DNA from: an uncultured Gammaproteobacteria bacterium
GTDB lineage: Bacteria > Pseudomonadota > Gammaproteobacteria > DRLM01
Length of the DNA: 64,000 nt
Direction: 5' to 3'
NCBI GenBank assembly: GCA_963729605.1
Contig: CAVSNY010000003.1
Span: 352,001 to 416,000 of the forward strand
Shown piece by piece: positions 17,923-30,025 of the stretch. Under the pieces are notes generated by a model. It was not told the DNA's origin. It saw only the letters and a list, made by a program, of their open reading frames with translations, and did no database searches. Within the stretch, counting starts at the first letter, position 1; the number at the start of each line of letters is the position of its first letter. The translations under genes were made by a program, and so were the position numbers.

Positions 17923-20900
17923 CTAATCCTTAAATACCTCAAATATTATTCTAACAATCTCCACAGCTTTTTCACCAAAGGTCCTCGGCGCAGGCGTAGG
18001 TTTTTGAGCCTCAGCAGCCCGTTTCAGACCCTCAAATAGCTGCGATTCAGCATACTTTACATCCAGAGTTCCAGCCTTAATTTTAGAAGCATTTATTTCG
18101 CACTGTTTTCGTAATAAGAGCTTTTGGGCGGGACTAAGACTTTGTCCAGCGACTTCCTTCAACAAAAAATTCAATTCACTCGTATTGCCTCTTAGAACAG
18201 CTTGGTAGACTGCCCCCTCAATTGAGTTCTTGGGTATGATCAAACCAGAGGGGTCGGTTAAATTAATCGGATCATTGAGCACGTAGGCATAAAGATTAGT
18301 TCCATCGCCTGCAAATAAAATCGGATCCTTCGCCGTCCACCTCCCCGTCTCCGCATCATAATCCCGCGCGCCGAAGCGGGTGAGCTTGGTATGCTGATCA
18401 TAGATACCGCCCGCAAAGCCAAACGGCTGGAAGCCGGGGTTGGTGTCTTGGGTAATATAGCCGAACTCATCGTAATCCAGTCGTTGAGCGATGGCTCCGG
18501 TGGTCGTATTGACGACCAGTCTCGGACTGCCCAAGTGATCAGAGAGAATGCGGTAGGTCTCGCCGCCTTTGATCAGGTAGTCCGGCACGTTGAGCTTGCT
18601 GCCGTAGACGAAGCGGGCGACGACGGCGCCGCTGCCGTTGAGTTCGGCGACGGGGTTGAGTTGGTCTTGGTAGAGGAAACCTTGAACCAGCGTGCCGTTG
18701 AGCTTTTTACCGACGCGACGGTTGCGGCCGTCGATGAGGTAGTCGATGATCGTGCCGCCGGGTAACGCGACGTGGCGCAGATTACCGATCACATCGTAGC
18801 TGTAAGTGGTGGTTGTTCCGGAAACGGTTTTGCTTAGCAATTCGCCGTTGGCGGTGTAGCCGTAGGCGGCGCCGTTGTAGCCGGTTAAACGATCTTGGGC
18901 GTCGACAGTGGCGGTGATGGCGCCGCGGCGGTCAAAGCCGCCGAGGCGGTTGCCGTTGCTGTCGTAGCTGTAGCTGGCGACGGTGGCGCCGTTTTGTTTG
19001 ATTTGGTAGAGCCGGCCCGGCGTGTCGTAGATGTAGTCATAGGTGGTGGTGACACCGGCTTGGGTCTCGATCTTTTGGGTGATGCGGCCGAGTTTGTCGC
19101 GGGTGTAAGCGGCGTTGTAAAGCGCGCTGCCGCTGTACGCCGCCGAGTGGCCGGCCAGTTCGGCGAAGCCATTGTAGCTTTGCGCGGTGCTGAGGTTGCC
19201 CAAAGCGGTGGCGGTGAGCAGGCCGTTCTGCGCATCACGAGTGAGGGTTACCGCGCCGGCTAGTGTCAGCAGGCCGTCGTTGTCGTAAGCGTAGTTGATG
19301 GCGCTGCCGTTGACGGATAAGCCAGTCACTTGAAACATGTTGTTGTAGGCGCGGCTGACGCTGCCGGCCACCGCCCCGCTCCAGGTTTCATTCACGGGCA
19401 GGAAGCCGTCGTAGGTGTAATCGAGGGTATCGCCCGACGGCGCGGTGAGGCGGGTCACTTGCCCACGAGTGGGATCATAGCTCACGGCGATTTGCCCCTG
19501 CGGCAAGACGACCGCGCTCAAACGGCCGCCGGTGTCGTAGCTGAAATCGATGCGCTGATTATCCGGCCGGGTGATTTGGGTGAGCTGCTTGTCGAGGTTA
19601 TAGCTGTAATGCGTGACCGTCGCGCCGCCGGACAGCGCGGGCGGCGTGTAGTGGTCTTGCTGATCGACGGCGGTGTAACTGAAGGTATGGGCGCCGCGGC
19701 CCGGCGGGGTGATCGAGGTCACGTTGCCGTTGGCGTCATAGCCGTAGGCGATGTGACGGCCGTCGGGCAAAGTCTGTTGCGTCACCCTGCCCGCGAGGTC
19801 GTATTGGAAGTTCATCGCCCGGCCGAGGGCGTCGGTGAGCGACGCGACGTAGCCGCCGGGGTTGTAGGCCAGCGCGACGGAACGCGCCGCCGCGCCCGTT
19901 CCCTGATTGATGCCTTGCAAACGGCCGCGGGCGTCGTAACTCCAATTGATCGCTTCGATACCGCTTGCCTGGGCAGTAACCAGACGGCCTTTGACGTCGA
20001 GGACCGCGCTGCTCTGCCGCGACAGCGGCGTGGTATCGGTGAAGGTGCGGTCGGCGGCGTTATAGCTGCTGGTATAACTGCGGCCGTTGATGCTGAGGGT
20101 CGTGGTCTCACTGGTCAGGCTGAGCGGATCGTGCGCCGTGGCGAGCGTGGCCGTGCGGGTGATCGTGGACGTTGATGTCAAACCGCTTGGCGTGGTGATG
20201 GTGGTATTTTTAGGCAAGGGCGCCTGCATGCCGAAGCGCGGATCGGGACCATGCAGGACGCTGATCATGGTGCCATCCGGTTCCAGCCGCGTCTCCGTGC
20301 CGTCGGGCTTGACGGTGGTAATGGCAAGGGTGCCGTCGGGCGCGGTGTTGGTGCGGCGCACATCACCGATCGGCAGCCGTTCCACCGCGTAACTGGTGGT
20401 GCGGCCCAGGGCCGAACTCATGCTGACGTGGTAGCCGGTTTCGAGATCGGCGCGGGTCAGGTTCCAGAAACCGCCCGCGGCGTTTTCATCGCGGGTCAGG
20501 CGACCGCGGGCATCATAGGTCATGTGCGAGGTGTGATTGCGCGGGTCGGTGAAGCTGAGCAGCAAGCCGTCGGCGGTATAAGTCGCTTGATAGGATTCGC
20601 CGGCGGGATTGGTGATGTGAGTGAGGTAGCCATTGGCGTTTAAGCTCAACGTAGTGCGTTGGCCGTCGGGCGCGACGATGGCGGTGGGTTGGCCAAGGCT
20701 GTCGCGTTCCACGGTAGTAACGTTATTGGTGCCATCGGTGACGGTGGTGAGGTAGCCATTAGCGTCATAGCTGAACTGGTAAAGCACGGCGCCGGTGCGA
20801 GCGTCAAGGGTGCGGAGATGGCGGCCGGAGGCGCTGAAGTGATAAAGTTCGGTGCCGTCACGCGATGCAATTAGAAAGTCACTAAGTGATATGCCCGGGA

Positions 20901-23900
20901 GAGTAGATGCTACCTTGCGGATACGAATATTGAATAAGTCCGCAATGTACAAATTGCCTTGTGCATCCGTTACTACACTTCGGGGGTTAAAAAACCTCGC
21001 CTGGGTGGCCGGTCCACCGTCGCCGCTGTAGCCCGGCGTACCTGTGCCTGCCAAGGTGGTGATACGCCCGTTGGAATCCACCTTACGGATACGCTGGTTG
21101 CCAGTGTCCGCAATGTACAGACTACCCTGTGAGTCCAAAGTTATGTCGGTAGGATTTGCTAGCCCGGCTTCGGTAGCGGGTCCGCCATCGCCGAAATTGC
21201 CAAAGTTCCCCCCTGCGACGGTTGTGATGTCTCCATTAGGACTTACCTTGCGGATGCGCTGATTGTTTGTGTCCACGATGTATAAATTACCCTCGAGGTC
21301 CAGCGCTATACCATGAGGTTGATTTATTTTGGCCTGTAAAGCCGGTCCGCCATCACCACTGTAGCCATCCACGCCTGTGCCTGCGATGGTGGTAATGCGC
21401 CCGGCGGGGTCTACTTTGCGGATGCGGCTGTTGAATGAGTCCGCGATGTAAAGATTGTTCTGGCCATCTACCACTACACTCCGAGGGTTAGAAAGTCTGG
21501 CCTGGATGGCGGGTCCGCCATCGCCACTGTAGCCCTGCTCACCTGTACCAGCTACTGTGGTGATGTACCCGGTAGGGTCCATTTTTCGGATGCGCTGGTT
21601 GCCAGTGTCCACGATATACAGATTACCCTGGGTATCCACTGCCACATCGGAAGGAGCAGCAAGCATAGCCTGGATGGCGAGCCCGCCGTCCCCGGCGTAT
21701 CCTGATTCACCGACACCAACTACAGTGGTGATTATTCCGGTGGGATATACCTTGCGTATGCGCTGGTTATTTAAATCTGCGATGTAAAAACTGCCCTCTG
21801 CATCCACCGTCACTGCCCATGGGGAATAAAACATAGCCTCAGTGGCGAGTCCGCCGTCGCCGCTATTGCCGAAAGCTGTCTGACCTGTTCCCGCCACGGT
21901 AGTAATTACCGTATCAGCTCCATTTCCCTGGCTAATTCTAGTGGTGCCGTCGCCTATTTGGAGCACTAAGCCTGCGCTGTCATACTGATGGTGCACATTT
22001 AATGTCCATCCACTCATGCCGTGAGCTTTAACATCCTCGTTTTTTATCGACTTAGAATGGTTTTGCCATAACGTGATTTCCTGACGGGCGATATTTCCAG
22101 TCATAGGCGTACCATTTGAAAAAGCGGCAAATGCCGATCCCGATGATAATGATATTGGGGTTAGATAAACTCCGTTATAAACATAACCGATCTTAATCGT
22201 CCCTGTTTGTGTACCCTGCAACGAGTTACCGTAGTCATCGCTGCCATCCCAGATAAAAGTGTAGTGTTGATTCGGCAGTGCGGCGAAGCTTTGAAAAAAT
22301 CGCTGCCCTGCCACCTCGATGATGAGTTCGATACGCTTGAGGCTGGCGGGCACGGTGGTGTTGCTCAAAGGGATGTTCACCGTGTAGCCGGCTTTGTGGC
22401 CGGGCACGCGGTCGCTGCGATAATGCAATGAGAACGGGGTGCCGGTAATGGGCACGGTCTCACCGAGCACCTGGTTCTGGCACTCGATAATGGAGCCCTG
22501 CTCACACTCCGGCTCGTCTTCTTTGATTTCGACCTTGGGAGGCGACGGTGGATTGGGTGGCGTCGCGTCCGGCGGCGGGCCGAAAGGCCAGTTGCAATCC
22601 CAGGGTGTGAAGTGGATGACGGGCACGCGCCACAGGCTTTTGCCGGGCGAATACAGCGTGGCAAGTTGGGCGCGTTCGGCGTCGGTGATGGTGAGCGCCG
22701 CGAGGGCGGCGGCGTTGGCGGGGTTGCCGCTGCCGTCAAGGTCGAGATTGGCGAGGCCGTTGTTGATGCTCAGCACCTTGATGATGCGGCCGTTGTCGGA
22801 CGGGATCCACGCCGCTCGTTCGCGGTTGTAATACCCCGCCGGCACGATGCCGCCCACCGGAAAGTTCAGGAAATTATCGACGTAGAAATAAACCGGTTGA
22901 GTGAAGCGCACGTCTTTGGCGCCGGCGGCGATGGCTTCGTCGACGCTGAGCTCCACGGCGTAGGTGTAACCGCTATTGGGCGGCAATGCGCCGGGCATGG
23001 TGTTGGGACCGTTGGCGCCCACGGTGTATTCGGTGGCGCGCACGTGCAAGCTGGTCAAGGGCTGCGTCGAGCCGTCTGCCAGCACCATCTCCGCTTGCGT
23101 GCCTTGCGGGAAGAGGATGGTGGCCTGGCGGGTGCCGTCGCTGTCGGTGACCACGTTGCCCCGCGCCGCTTGCATGGGAATGGCGGCTTGCAGATTGATG
23201 GCCGTCACTTGGCTGTCGACCGGAATCATCACTACCTCGGGCAGCCAGGCGTAGTCCTGCCAGGGCGCGTTGACTTGGCGCTGTACCGGCAGGTAACCGT
23301 CTTTTTGATAGTTCACGGTGAGATAACCGCCGCCGTTGACGGCGAGATCGAACATGCCGTCGGCACGGCTCAAGGTCTGACCGAATTCGGGGTGTTGATG
23401 AATGGTGACGGTGACGCCGCCGAGTGCGGCATTGTTGCGATCCAGCACCTTGCCGCGCAATACCGCGGCGCGGCGGGCTTCGATGGTACCTTGCGTCACG
23501 CCGGTTTGAATGGGGTTGCTACCGGTATAAAGAAACTTAGTCGCGGCGAAAACCGTGGTGGCGACGGTGGGGTCCACCGGCGGTGCGACGGTCGCCGGAT
23601 CCGGCGGCAGCGATGAAGTTACCGAGGTGCTGGCGGGCGCGCTGGTATTGCCGGCGGTGTCATTGACGCGGATGGTCAAGGTATCGCCGCCCTGCGCGGC
23701 GATGTTGGCGTTGAAGGCGCCGAGGCTGTTGGCCGTCGCCATCACGATGTCGCCGGTGCGGGTGTTGGTGAGGGTGACCCGTGCGCCCGCCTCCACGCTG
23801 CCGGCGGCGCCGGTGACGTTGACGATGCCATTGCTCGGTTCACTCACCGATACCGATCCCATCTGCACGGCGGCGGGTGCCTGGGTGTCGAGCACCAGGG

Positions 23901-25602
23901 CGAATAACTTCTGCGCGGTTTCTCCACCGGTGGCGGTGGCGATGAAAGTGAAGTTGTTGTTGCCTTCGCTCAACGAAACGTTTTTGGTGAAGCTGTTATC
24001 GGCGGCCACGGTCAACGGTGCGTTGTTGACGATGAGGGTCGCCGGTTTGCTGAGATGGCCGCTGATGGTTTGCGCCGCGAGATTGGTGACGTAGCCAGTG
24101 GGCGGCGTGTCGATGGTGACGCTCAGTGGGATGATGCCGTATTTCGAAAGAAATATATCGGTAAGGCCGACCGCGCTCCGGGAATCAATGGCGGTGCCGG
24201 GATCAAAATCGATGGTCCCGCCAAAATCACCCGTGATGTAAGCGGCGGTTGCCGATGCCGCCACCGCATTGACGGCCGGGTTACCGGAACCGCCGATGCT
24301 GCGGGTCCATTGGTAGGTGCCGTCGGCCTGAAACAAAGTGAGAAAGGCGCCGGTTCCCGCGGGAAGGCTGCGTATATCCTGGCCCGTGCCGGGATCGAAA
24401 TCCACCGTTCCTGCGAACACGCCGCTCACCAGGACACCTTCGCTACTCAGGCTTACCACGCCCCGCCCCTCGTCTTGACCGGCGCCGCCGAGGGTGCGCG
24501 TCCAAAGGTAATTACCGTCAGCCGCCAATTTGGTGAAAAAGATATCGTTAACGCCGTTGCTGGCGCGGACATCAGTGCCGGTGCCGGAAAAATCGACACT
24601 GCCGGTGAATTTACCGGTCACGTAAACCCCACCACTGCCGTCTACCGCGACACCTTTACCCTCACCGCTGCCGGAGCCGATGAAGGTGCGGGTCCAGCCG
24701 TAGCTGCCGTCGCCAAGATATTTGCTGACGAACACGTCGCTGCCGCCGGAGGAGGTATGGATATCGGTGTCGGGACCGGGATCGAAGTCCGTGTTGTTCT
24801 GGTAATAACCGGTGATATACGCGGCGCCGCTGGCATCCACCGCGACACCCTGGCCCGCGTCCCAGTGCGTGCTGCCAACGGTGCGCGTCCAGCCATAATC
24901 ACCGTTAGGCAGCAGTTTGGTGAGAAAGATGTCGTAGCCGCCTACCGCGTTGCGAATGTCGGGCGGACCACCGGCATTAAAATCCACATTGCCATTGAAC
25001 CGCCCGGTGAAGAAGATGTTGCCGGCGGCATCCACGGCGACGGCGTAGACCGCGTCCGGACTTGCACCGCCGAAGGTGCGGACCCAGCCATAACTACCGT
25101 CGGCATTCAATTTGAGCAGAAAACCGTCGTAACTGCCGCTGGTCGTGCGATTGTCCACCCCCGGACCCGGATCGAAATCCACCGTGCTGCTCGAAAATTC
25201 ACCGGCGACGAACACATTCCCGGAAGCATCCACGGCAACGCCATAGGCGAAATCGCTGCTGACACCGCCTACGGTTTTGGTCCAGCCATAACTACCATCC
25301 GCGTTGGTCTTGGTAATGAAGATATCGTCGAGACTGCCCACCGCAGTACGCTGATCGATACCGGTGCCTGGATTGAAATCGACCGTACCCCGGAAGGAGC
25401 CCACATGATAAATATTACCTTGGCCGTCGACGGCGACACCTTTGCCGGAGTCTGACTTACTACCGCCGACAATAGTTGTCCACTGGTAGGTGGGGTCGGC
25501 TTGTGAAAACGCGGGGATTAATAAGAAACCAAGAAAGGTTATGAGGGTGAACAGCCCATGCGCCACTCTACGCACGGCCGCTCCATGCCGGATAGGGTTC
25601 AT
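17923..25602 (-). CDS. teneurin-like YD/RHS-repeat protein with beta-propeller, Ig-like and NHL domains and a C-terminal toxin domain
   Basis: Signal peptide; SBBP-type repeats (GVAVDxxGNxY.. VDFDPG); NHL repeats (GYSGDGGPA, LYIADxxNxRIRKV); YD repeats; RHS core RFGARDYD...[10 protein letters not shown]; RBS GGGAGGAG before ATG 25602. Confidence 0.93.
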   Translation of the reverse strand: MNPIRHGAAVRRVAHGLFTLITFLGFLLIPAFSQADPTYQWTTIVGGSKSDSGKGVAVDGQGNIYHVGSFRGTVDFNPGTGIDQRTAVGSLDDIFITKTNADGSYGWTKTVGGVSSDFAYGVAVDASGNVFVAGEFSSSTVDFDPGPGVDNRTTSGSYDGFLLKLNADGSYGWVRTFGGASPDAVYAVAVDAAGNIFFTGRFNGNVDFNAGGPPDIRNAVGGYDIFLTKLLPNGDYGWTRTVGSTHWDAGQGVAVDASGAAYITGYYQNNTDFDPGPDTDIHTSSGGSDVFVSKYLGDGSYGWTRTFIGSGSGEGKGVAVDGSGGVYVTGKFTGSVDFSGTGTDVRASNGVNDIFFTKLAADGNYLWTRTLGGAGQDEGRGVVSLSSEGVLVSGVFAGTVDFDPGTGQDIRSLPAGTGAFLTLFQADGTYQWTRSIGGSGNPAVNAVAASATAAYITGDFGGTIDFDPGTAIDSRSAVGLTDIFLSKYGIIPLSVTIDTPPTGYVTNLAAQTISGHLSKPATLIVNNAPLTVAADNSFTKNVSLSEGNNNFTFIATATGGETAQKLFALVLDTQAPAAVQMGSVSVSEPSNGIVNVTGAAGSVEAGARVTLTNTRTGDIVMATANSLGAFNANIAAQGGDTLTIRVNDTAGNTSAPASTSVTSSLPPDPATVAPPVDPTVATTVFAATKFLYTGSNPIQTGVTQGTIEARRAAVLRGKVLDRNNAALGGVTVTIHQHPEFGQTLSRADGMFDLAVNGGGYLTVNYQKDGYLPVQRQVNAPWQDYAWLPEVVMIPVDSQVTAINLQAAIPMQAARGNVVTDSDGTRQATILFPQGTQAEMVLADGSTQPLTSLHVRATEYTVGANGPNTMPGALPPNSGYTYAVELSVDEAIAAGAKDVRFTQPVYFYVDNFLNFPVGGIVPAGYYNRERAAWIPSDNGRIIKVLSINNGLANLDLDGSGNPANAAALAALTITDAERAQLATLYSPGKSLWRVPVIHFTPWDCNWPFGPPPDATPPNPPSPPKVEIKEDEPECEQGSIIECQNQVLGETVPITGTPFSLHYRSDRVPGHKAGYTVNIPLSNTTVPASLKRIELIIEVAGQRFFQSFAALPNQHYTFIWDGSDDYGNSLQGTQTGTIKIGYVYNGVYLTPISLSSGSAFAAFSNGTPMTGNIARQEITLWQNHSKSIKNEDVKAHGMSGWTLNVHHQYDSAGLVLQIGDGTTRISQGNGADTVITTVAGTGQTAFGNSGDGGLATEAMFYSPWAVTVDAEGSFYIADLNNQRIRKVYPTGIITTVVGVGESGYAGDGGLAIQAMLAAPSDVAVDTQGNLYIVDTGNQRIRKMDPTGYITTVAGTGEQGYSGDGGPAIQARLSNPRSVVVDGQNNLYIADSFNSRIRKVDPAGRITTIAGTGVDGYSGDGGPALQAKINQPHGIALDLEGNLYIVDTNNQRIRKVSPNGDITTVAGGNFGNFGDGGPATEAGLANPTDITLDSQGSLYIADTGNQRIRKVDSNGRITTLAGTGTPGYSGDGGPATQARFFNPRSVVTDAQGNLYIADLFNIRIRKVASTLPGISLSDFLIASRDGTELYHFSASGRHLRTLDARTGAVLYQFSYDANGYLTTVTDGTNNVTTVERDSLGQPTAIVAPDGQRTTLSLNANGYLTHITNPAGESYQATYTADGLLLSFTDPRNHTSHMTYDARGRLTRDENAAGGFWNLTRADLETGYHVSMSSALGRTTSYAVERLPIGDVRRTNTAPDGTLAITTVKPDGTETRLEPDGTMISVLHGPDPRFGMQAPLPKNTTITTPSGLTSTSTITRTATLATAHDPLSLTSETTTLSINGRSYTSSYNAADRTFTDTTPLSRQSSAVLDVKGRLVTAQASGIEAINWSYDARGRLQGINQGTGAAARSVALAYNPGGYVASLTDALGRAMNFQYDLAGRVTQQTLPDGRHIAYGYDANGNVTSITPPGRGAHTFSYTAVDQQDHYTPPALSGGATVTHYSYNLDKQLTQITRPDNQRIDFSYDTGGRLSAVVLPQGQIAVSYDPTRGQVTRLTAPSGDTLDYTYDGFLPVNETWSGAVAGSVSRAYNNMFQVTGLSVNGSAINYAYDNDGLLTLAGAVTLTRDAQNGLLTATALGNLSTAQSYNGFAELAGHSAAYSGSALYNAAYTRDKLGRITQKIETQAGVTTTYDYIYDTPGRLYQIKQNGATVASYSYDSNGNRLGGFDRRGAITATVDAQDRLTGYNGAAYGYTANGELLSKTVSGTTTTYSYDVIGNLRHVALPGGTIIDYLIDGRNRRVGKKLNGTLVQGFLYQDQLNPVAELNGSGAVVARFVYGSKLNVPDYLIKGGETYRILSDHLGSPRLVVNTTTGAIAQRLDYDEFGYITQDTNPGFQPFGFAGGIYDQHTKLTRFGARDYDAETGRWTAKDPILFAGDGTNLYAYVLNDPINLTDPSGLIIPKNSIEGAVYQAVLRGNTSELNFLLKEVAGQSLSPAQKLLLRKQCEINASKIKAGTLDVKYAESQLFEGLKRAAEAQKPTPAPRTFGEKAVEIVRIIFEVFKD

Positions 25603-25980
25603 CGTCTCCTCCCTGATCAACGATAAATTTTGTTATTCTGGCTCGTTCTTTTATAGCTCGATTACTTTTTTCGCTTCACGCCTTGTCCCTGGCGCGACCC
25701 CTGCAACGAACTTTTATTACAACCAGTAAATTAGCTTGTTCTTAATTTTTCATGAATAACGCGCGATAGTCATTTTTCGAAAAGCCTAGTACCAAATTTT
25801 ATAAAACGCAAATTTTTAAAGACACCAACGACCCTGCGTGCCATCCCTCCTTGCGACAAGCGGATAATAACATCACCAGCAACGGCGGCCACGCGGTTCG
25901 AAACGAGTCGAACGGTCAACACTTCAAATGCTGACGGGCCGCCGGCAGTGGAAGATTACGTCAATGATCTATATTGTTCC

Positions 25981-26334
25981 TTAGCGGTCACCGGGAAAAA
26001 TCAAACTTTTGTCGCCGGATCGCAACGTGGCAAGCGGCGCCGCCGGCGTCTCGCTCACGCAACGCTGACATTCAAGACAGACATCCGCTGCTGCGCGGTG
26101 GGTCAATAACTGTGGGTTACCGATACAGGATAATAAGAACAACTCGCGCATCAATGCATGCAGATTCGCACGGGCCGCACATTGATGATCTTCGCTACAG
26201 CACGGTAAATCGGGGTCGGGTTGAATGAGGCCTGAACGGTAGCGCCAGTGCAGCCGCATCGCACCCGAATCCGTATCGAAGACCCGCAAGCGAGGTTCCC
26301 CTTGGAGTAGATTGGCTTCGATCCTAAAAGGCAT
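25981..26334 (-). CDS. Cys-rich hypothetical protein, probably iron-regulated
   Basis: 117 aa MPFRIEANLL..., GGAGG RBS, 7 Cys including CC and CLECQRC. Confidence 0.65.
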   Translation of the reverse strand: MPFRIEANLLQGEPRLRVFDTDSGAMRLHWRYRSGLIQPDPDLPCCSEDHQCAARANLHALMRELFLLSCIGNPQLLTHRAAADVCLECQRCVSETPAAPLATLRSGDKSLIFPGDR

Positions 26335-26357
26335 GATACATCCTCCATCTTTTAGAT

Positions 26358-26393
26358 GAGAATGATTATCATTTATAATAAGCGCATTGTCAA
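26358..26393 (-). promoter_or_regulatory. sigma70 promoter overlapped by a Fur box
   Basis: TTGACA-N17-GATAAT; AATGATAATCATTCTC matches the Fur consensus core. Confidence 0.8.
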
Positions 26394-26431
26394 GAAGCGT
26401 ACGCACAGCGGGACGGCCATCGTTATTCCGC

Positions 26432-28480
26432 TTAAAACATGGCCTGTAATCCGACGATGAATGCGCGGGGCTGACCAATGAAATAACGGTAATCGCCGAA
26501 GGCGAAATCGGCACGGTCGGCGTATTTTTCATCGGTCAGATTGGTGAGCCTGGCGGAGACTTCCAACTTGGGCGTGGGCCGAGTGGCCAGGCGCAGATGC
26601 AATAAATCATGGCCGGCGTAGCGGCGCTGGTTGGCCTCGTCTAGATAATATGGCCCGACGTGCACCCATTCGAGTTCGGCGCGGTGCGCGTCGCGGATAG
26701 CCCAGGCCAAACGGGTGGCGGTGATGATCCTCGGCGCTTGAGGGATGTCTTTGCCCTCTTCCATGAGGTCGTTGTCCGCATCGAATGAATGCACGGCGTA
26801 GGTACCGTTAAAGCCAAGCTCCAGCGTCGACGTGAATCGGTAGGCCATCGCCGTTTCGATGCCGTAATGGCGGGTGCGGCCGCCGTCGATCATGAAAAAA
26901 TTGGAATCGGGGAAGATGAAATTTTTCTTGCGCATGAAGAACAGCGCGGTATCGTATTGAAAAGCGCCGGTCTCGCCGCGGCCGCCGATTTCGAGACTGT
27001 CCAAACGCTCGCTATCGATGTCGGCGGTTTGCTGGCCGCGTTGTAAACGGTAAAGCTCGCTGGTCTGCGGCGCGCGAAAGCCGCGCGCGAGTTTGGCGTA
27101 GACCGATTGCGTCGGCGTCAAACGATAGCTGGCGCCCAGCTGCGGGCTGAGATTGCGAAAAACATCCTCGCGATCGGCCGGACGATTGTACAAACAGGGG
27201 TTGGGCGAGCAGGCTTGGCCTCGATCATCCACATTGCCCGGCGGCAACCGACTGGTGTAATCGTAACGAATGTAGTCGTAGCGCACTCCGCCGCTGGCAC
27301 GCAACTTAGGTGTGAACTGCCATTCGCCATGCACGAATGGCCCCACGCTAAGCGCATCCACGTCGTAATCATAATGTTTGCCTTGATAACGGTGAAAGCC
27401 GCTCACGGAATTGTCCGGGCCAGCTTGAATTTCCTCGAGCTCGCCGTGAGTAAATTCAAGGTCGGCGCCGGCCAGCAGGCGGTGTCCGCCGGCCCACTCG
27501 CGCTCCCACATCGCCTGCGTGCCGCCGCCGCCATGGGAATTTTTTTCGATGACATTGCCCGGCAACCAATGCATGGAAAATTCCATATCGTTGCGGCGCA
27601 CGTAAGGCGTGAGCCGCAGAACGCTTTGCTCGTCGAGATAATGTTGCCACTCGACGGCGCCGCGCAGACTCACCGCATCACGATAAGCCGAGGGATTGCC
27701 GTTTTGCCGGCTGAGCGCGCGGTCCCGGTAATTCTCGAAACCCTCCACGAACGCCCCAGGACTGTCTCTCAGATTCATGAGCGAGACGAGAGTCTTAATC
27801 CGACCGTCATCACGCGCGAGGTCGTGACGAAAAGTCAATTTCTGCTGCCGCAAGCCCGCATCGTTTTGAAATGCGCCACTGTCGGTGGCGAGGGCGTTGA
27901 GCCGCCAGCCCTGATCACCCTCGCTGTCGGAACCCGTCACTTTAAGCCGTTTGAAATCGAAATTTCCCGCTTCCAAAGCAACGCCGTATTCCGCCGTGCG
28001 CGAGGGCGGTTTGCTGAAGACGTTGACCAGACCGTGCAGTGCGTTGGAACCGTAATAGGCGCTGCCTGGCCCGCGCATGATTTCGATGGCGCCGGCTTGC
28101 TCGGTATTGATGCTGAACAGCTCGTTGACATTGCAGAAGCCGCGGCCGCTGACCGGGATGCCCTCTTCCATGAATAGAAATGCACCGCAGGCGCCCGGGC
28201 CGTTCAAGGACGGCGAGCGCAGCGCAGTGAGATGGCCGGCGGTGCCGGCGCTGCGAGTCAGCCACGCCCCCGGAACGCGCGCGGCGACTTCATCGATGTG
28301 CGGTGAACCGATCAACTCGAGTTCTGCGGATTCTACGCGCGTGGTATTGCCCGCCAGGTCGAGTAGCGTGCCCGCGCCGCGCGCCGGCGTCACCACCACG
28401 GGATCCATGAGGAAGGCGTCGTCCGCCACGGCGATCTGCGCGGTGAAAAAGATCAACAGAACCGCGCTTTCCATTCGCAT
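26432..28480 (-). CDS. TonB-dependent receptor
   Basis: Signal peptide, TonB box DPVVVT, plug IEIMRGPGSAYYG, NLTDEKY, terminal Phe. Confidence 0.92.
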   Translation of the reverse strand: MRMESAVLLIFFTAQIAVADDAFLMDPVVVTPARGAGTLLDLAGNTTRVESAELELIGSPHIDEVAARVPGAWLTRSAGTAGHLTALRSPSLNGPGACGAFLFMEEGIPVSGRGFCNVNELFSINTEQAGAIEIMRGPGSAYYGSNALHGLVNVFSKPPSRTAEYGVALEAGNFDFKRLKVTGSDSEGDQGWRLNALATDSGAFQNDAGLRQQKLTFRHDLARDDGRIKTLVSLMNLRDSPGAFVEGFENYRDRALSRQNGNPSAYRDAVSLRGAVEWQHYLDEQSVLRLTPYVRRNDMEFSMHWLPGNVIEKNSHGGGGTQAMWEREWAGGHRLLAGADLEFTHGELEEIQAGPDNSVSGFHRYQGKHYDYDVDALSVGPFVHGEWQFTPKLRASGGVRYDYIRYDYTSRLPPGNVDDRGQACSPNPCLYNRPADREDVFRNLSPQLGASYRLTPTQSVYAKLARGFRAPQTSELYRLQRGQQTADIDSERLDSLEIGGRGETGAFQYDTALFFMRKKNFIFPDSNFFMIDGGRTRHYGIETAMAYRFTSTLELGFNGTYAVHSFDADNDLMEEGKDIPQAPRIITATRLAWAIRDAHRAELEWVHVGPYYLDEANQRRYAGHDLLHLRLATRPTPKLEVSARLTNLTDEKYADRADFAFGDYRYFIGQPRAFIVGLQAMF

Positions 28481-28649
28481 AAATTGACTCGTTCTAGGAC
28501 TGATTCCGCGGATGCGGGGCTGGCTTCCGACCGTCAACTCACAGACCGCGTTTGCGCCGCCCGTGAGGATTGGGCGCACACGCGATAACATCGCATGCCA
28601 TTAGCGCCGGATAGACACCGCACTGGCGCGCCATCTCGCCCGCACTTTT

Positions 28650-28943
28650 CTATGCCCGGTATTTACGTGCCAGCTTGAAGGCACGCCACACGGTAAACAC
28701 GCCGCTGCTCCAGGATAGCAGCTTACGGCGGCGCGGCCACCATCGCGGCCACCATAATGCCGCGCTCGCCGTCAGCAACAGACGATGGGAGCGAATCGCC
28801 TTGACCAACGCCAGTCCCATATCCACGATCCGCAACCGTTCCTGTATCCGCAAGGCGAGGTAGGACACTTCACTGCGCTGGGCTTCTGCTTGCGAGATCA
28901 AAAATTCGCGCCGCCGCCGTAGATATTCCTTTTTGGCGTTCAT
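28650..28943 (-). CDS. YqjK-like protein
   Basis: LRRRREFLISQAEAQR; third gene of a yqjD-yqjE-yqjK type operon. Confidence 0.7.
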   Translation of the reverse strand: MNAKKEYLRRRREFLISQAEAQRSEVSYLALRIQERLRIVDMGLALVKAIRSHRLLLTASAALWWPRWWPRRRKLLSWSSGVFTVWRAFKLARKYRA

Positions 28944-29329
28944 CAGCGCGTCAGATGTTCACGGTCCTTGTCGAGTTCCGCCAGGGTGGCGGCGAACAAG
29001 GGTGGTCGAGTCTTAAGTTTGTGGCGGATTATCAAGACCGCGATAATGCCCCCGGCCAGATAAAAAAACGCGAAGATCCCCAATACAGAAGGACCGGCGG
29101 TTTCCCAGAAGAGCGCGATGATGAACAGCGTCAGCAACAACAGGCCGAATCCGAGGAAAAATAACGACGCTACGCCATAGAGAATTAACTCCCGAAACCT
29201 GACTACTTCCTCTTCGATTTCCGTGGAAAGGAGTTCGCCTCGAGTATGCAGTATCTCGACGAAGGTCGCGACCAGCCGCCGCAATGACGCCAGCAGGCCG
29301 GACGCCGAACCGCTATCACCGTCGCTCAT
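28943..29329 (-). CDS. YqjE-like membrane protein (holin-X family)
   Basis: TRGELLSTEIEEE, two TM helices, FAATLAELDKDRE. Confidence 0.85.
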   Translation of the reverse strand: MSDGDSGSASGLLASLRRLVATFVEILHTRGELLSTEIEEEVVRFRELILYGVASLFFLGFGLLLLTLFIIALFWETAGPSVLGIFAFFYLAGGIIAVLIIRHKLKTRPPLFAATLAELDKDREHLTR

Positions 29330-29333
29330 GCAT

Positions 29334-29645
29334 TTAACGTCGCGAACTTAACATGCCGAGCAGGAACCCAACCGCGGTGCCTACGGCAACCGATTTCCAA
29401 GGATTCTCATGCACGAGTTCATCGGTGGCCTTGGCGGCCGCCCTGGTTCGCTCGACCAGCGTGCCTTCCACTTCGCTCAGCCTGCGGCGTGCCTCGCGCA
29501 GATTCTCCTCGGCGCGCGCCCGCACCGCGGTGATTTTATCGCCGGTCTGGCTGGCGGTGGCCTTGAGCAGCTCTTCCGCGTCTTGTATGACGACTTTGAA
29601 ATCTTCGACCAATTTATCTCGTGCGGCTTGAGTTTCTGTAGCCAT
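29334..29645 (-). CDS. DUF883 ElaB/YqjD family protein
   Basis: DAEELLKATA...VHENPWKSVAVGTAVGFLLG. Confidence 0.92.
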   Translation of the reverse strand: MATETQAARDKLVEDFKVVIQDAEELLKATASQTGDKITAVRARAEENLREARRRLSEVEGTLVERTRAAAKATDELVHENPWKSVAVGTAVGFLLGMLSSRR

Positions 29646-30025
29646 TGGGTATTCCTTTCTTTACGGGTGGGTTTGAAATTTTTACGTGGATTTGAAAATT
29701 AGGCACGTCGAAAATAGCGCGATCCGTCTGTCCTGCCGACCTATCAGTCGAGTTCGATGAAATGTCGGCACATGATTAAAGCTTAGTGCAGTGTAAACGG
29801 ATTTGCATCCCGGCGGGGATTCCATGCGGAATGAAGAAACGCGGGTCGCTGAATCACCGCGGACCGAATCCTTGGGCTAATTCCTCAATAACGTCCTATG
29901 GGATAGGGTGGCATAGCTGGCGTTCGATGACAAGTCATCCGATAAAATCGCGGGCGATTCGATAAGCGTCCCGCAGATACGGATCGTTTATGACCAGAAA
30001 AATATCGGGTAAACATCGCGTCGAT

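Noticed and set aside
28585-28600. sigma54 promoter for the TonB-dependent receptor (TGGCATGCGATGTTAT)
   Set aside because: The -12 GC is missing.
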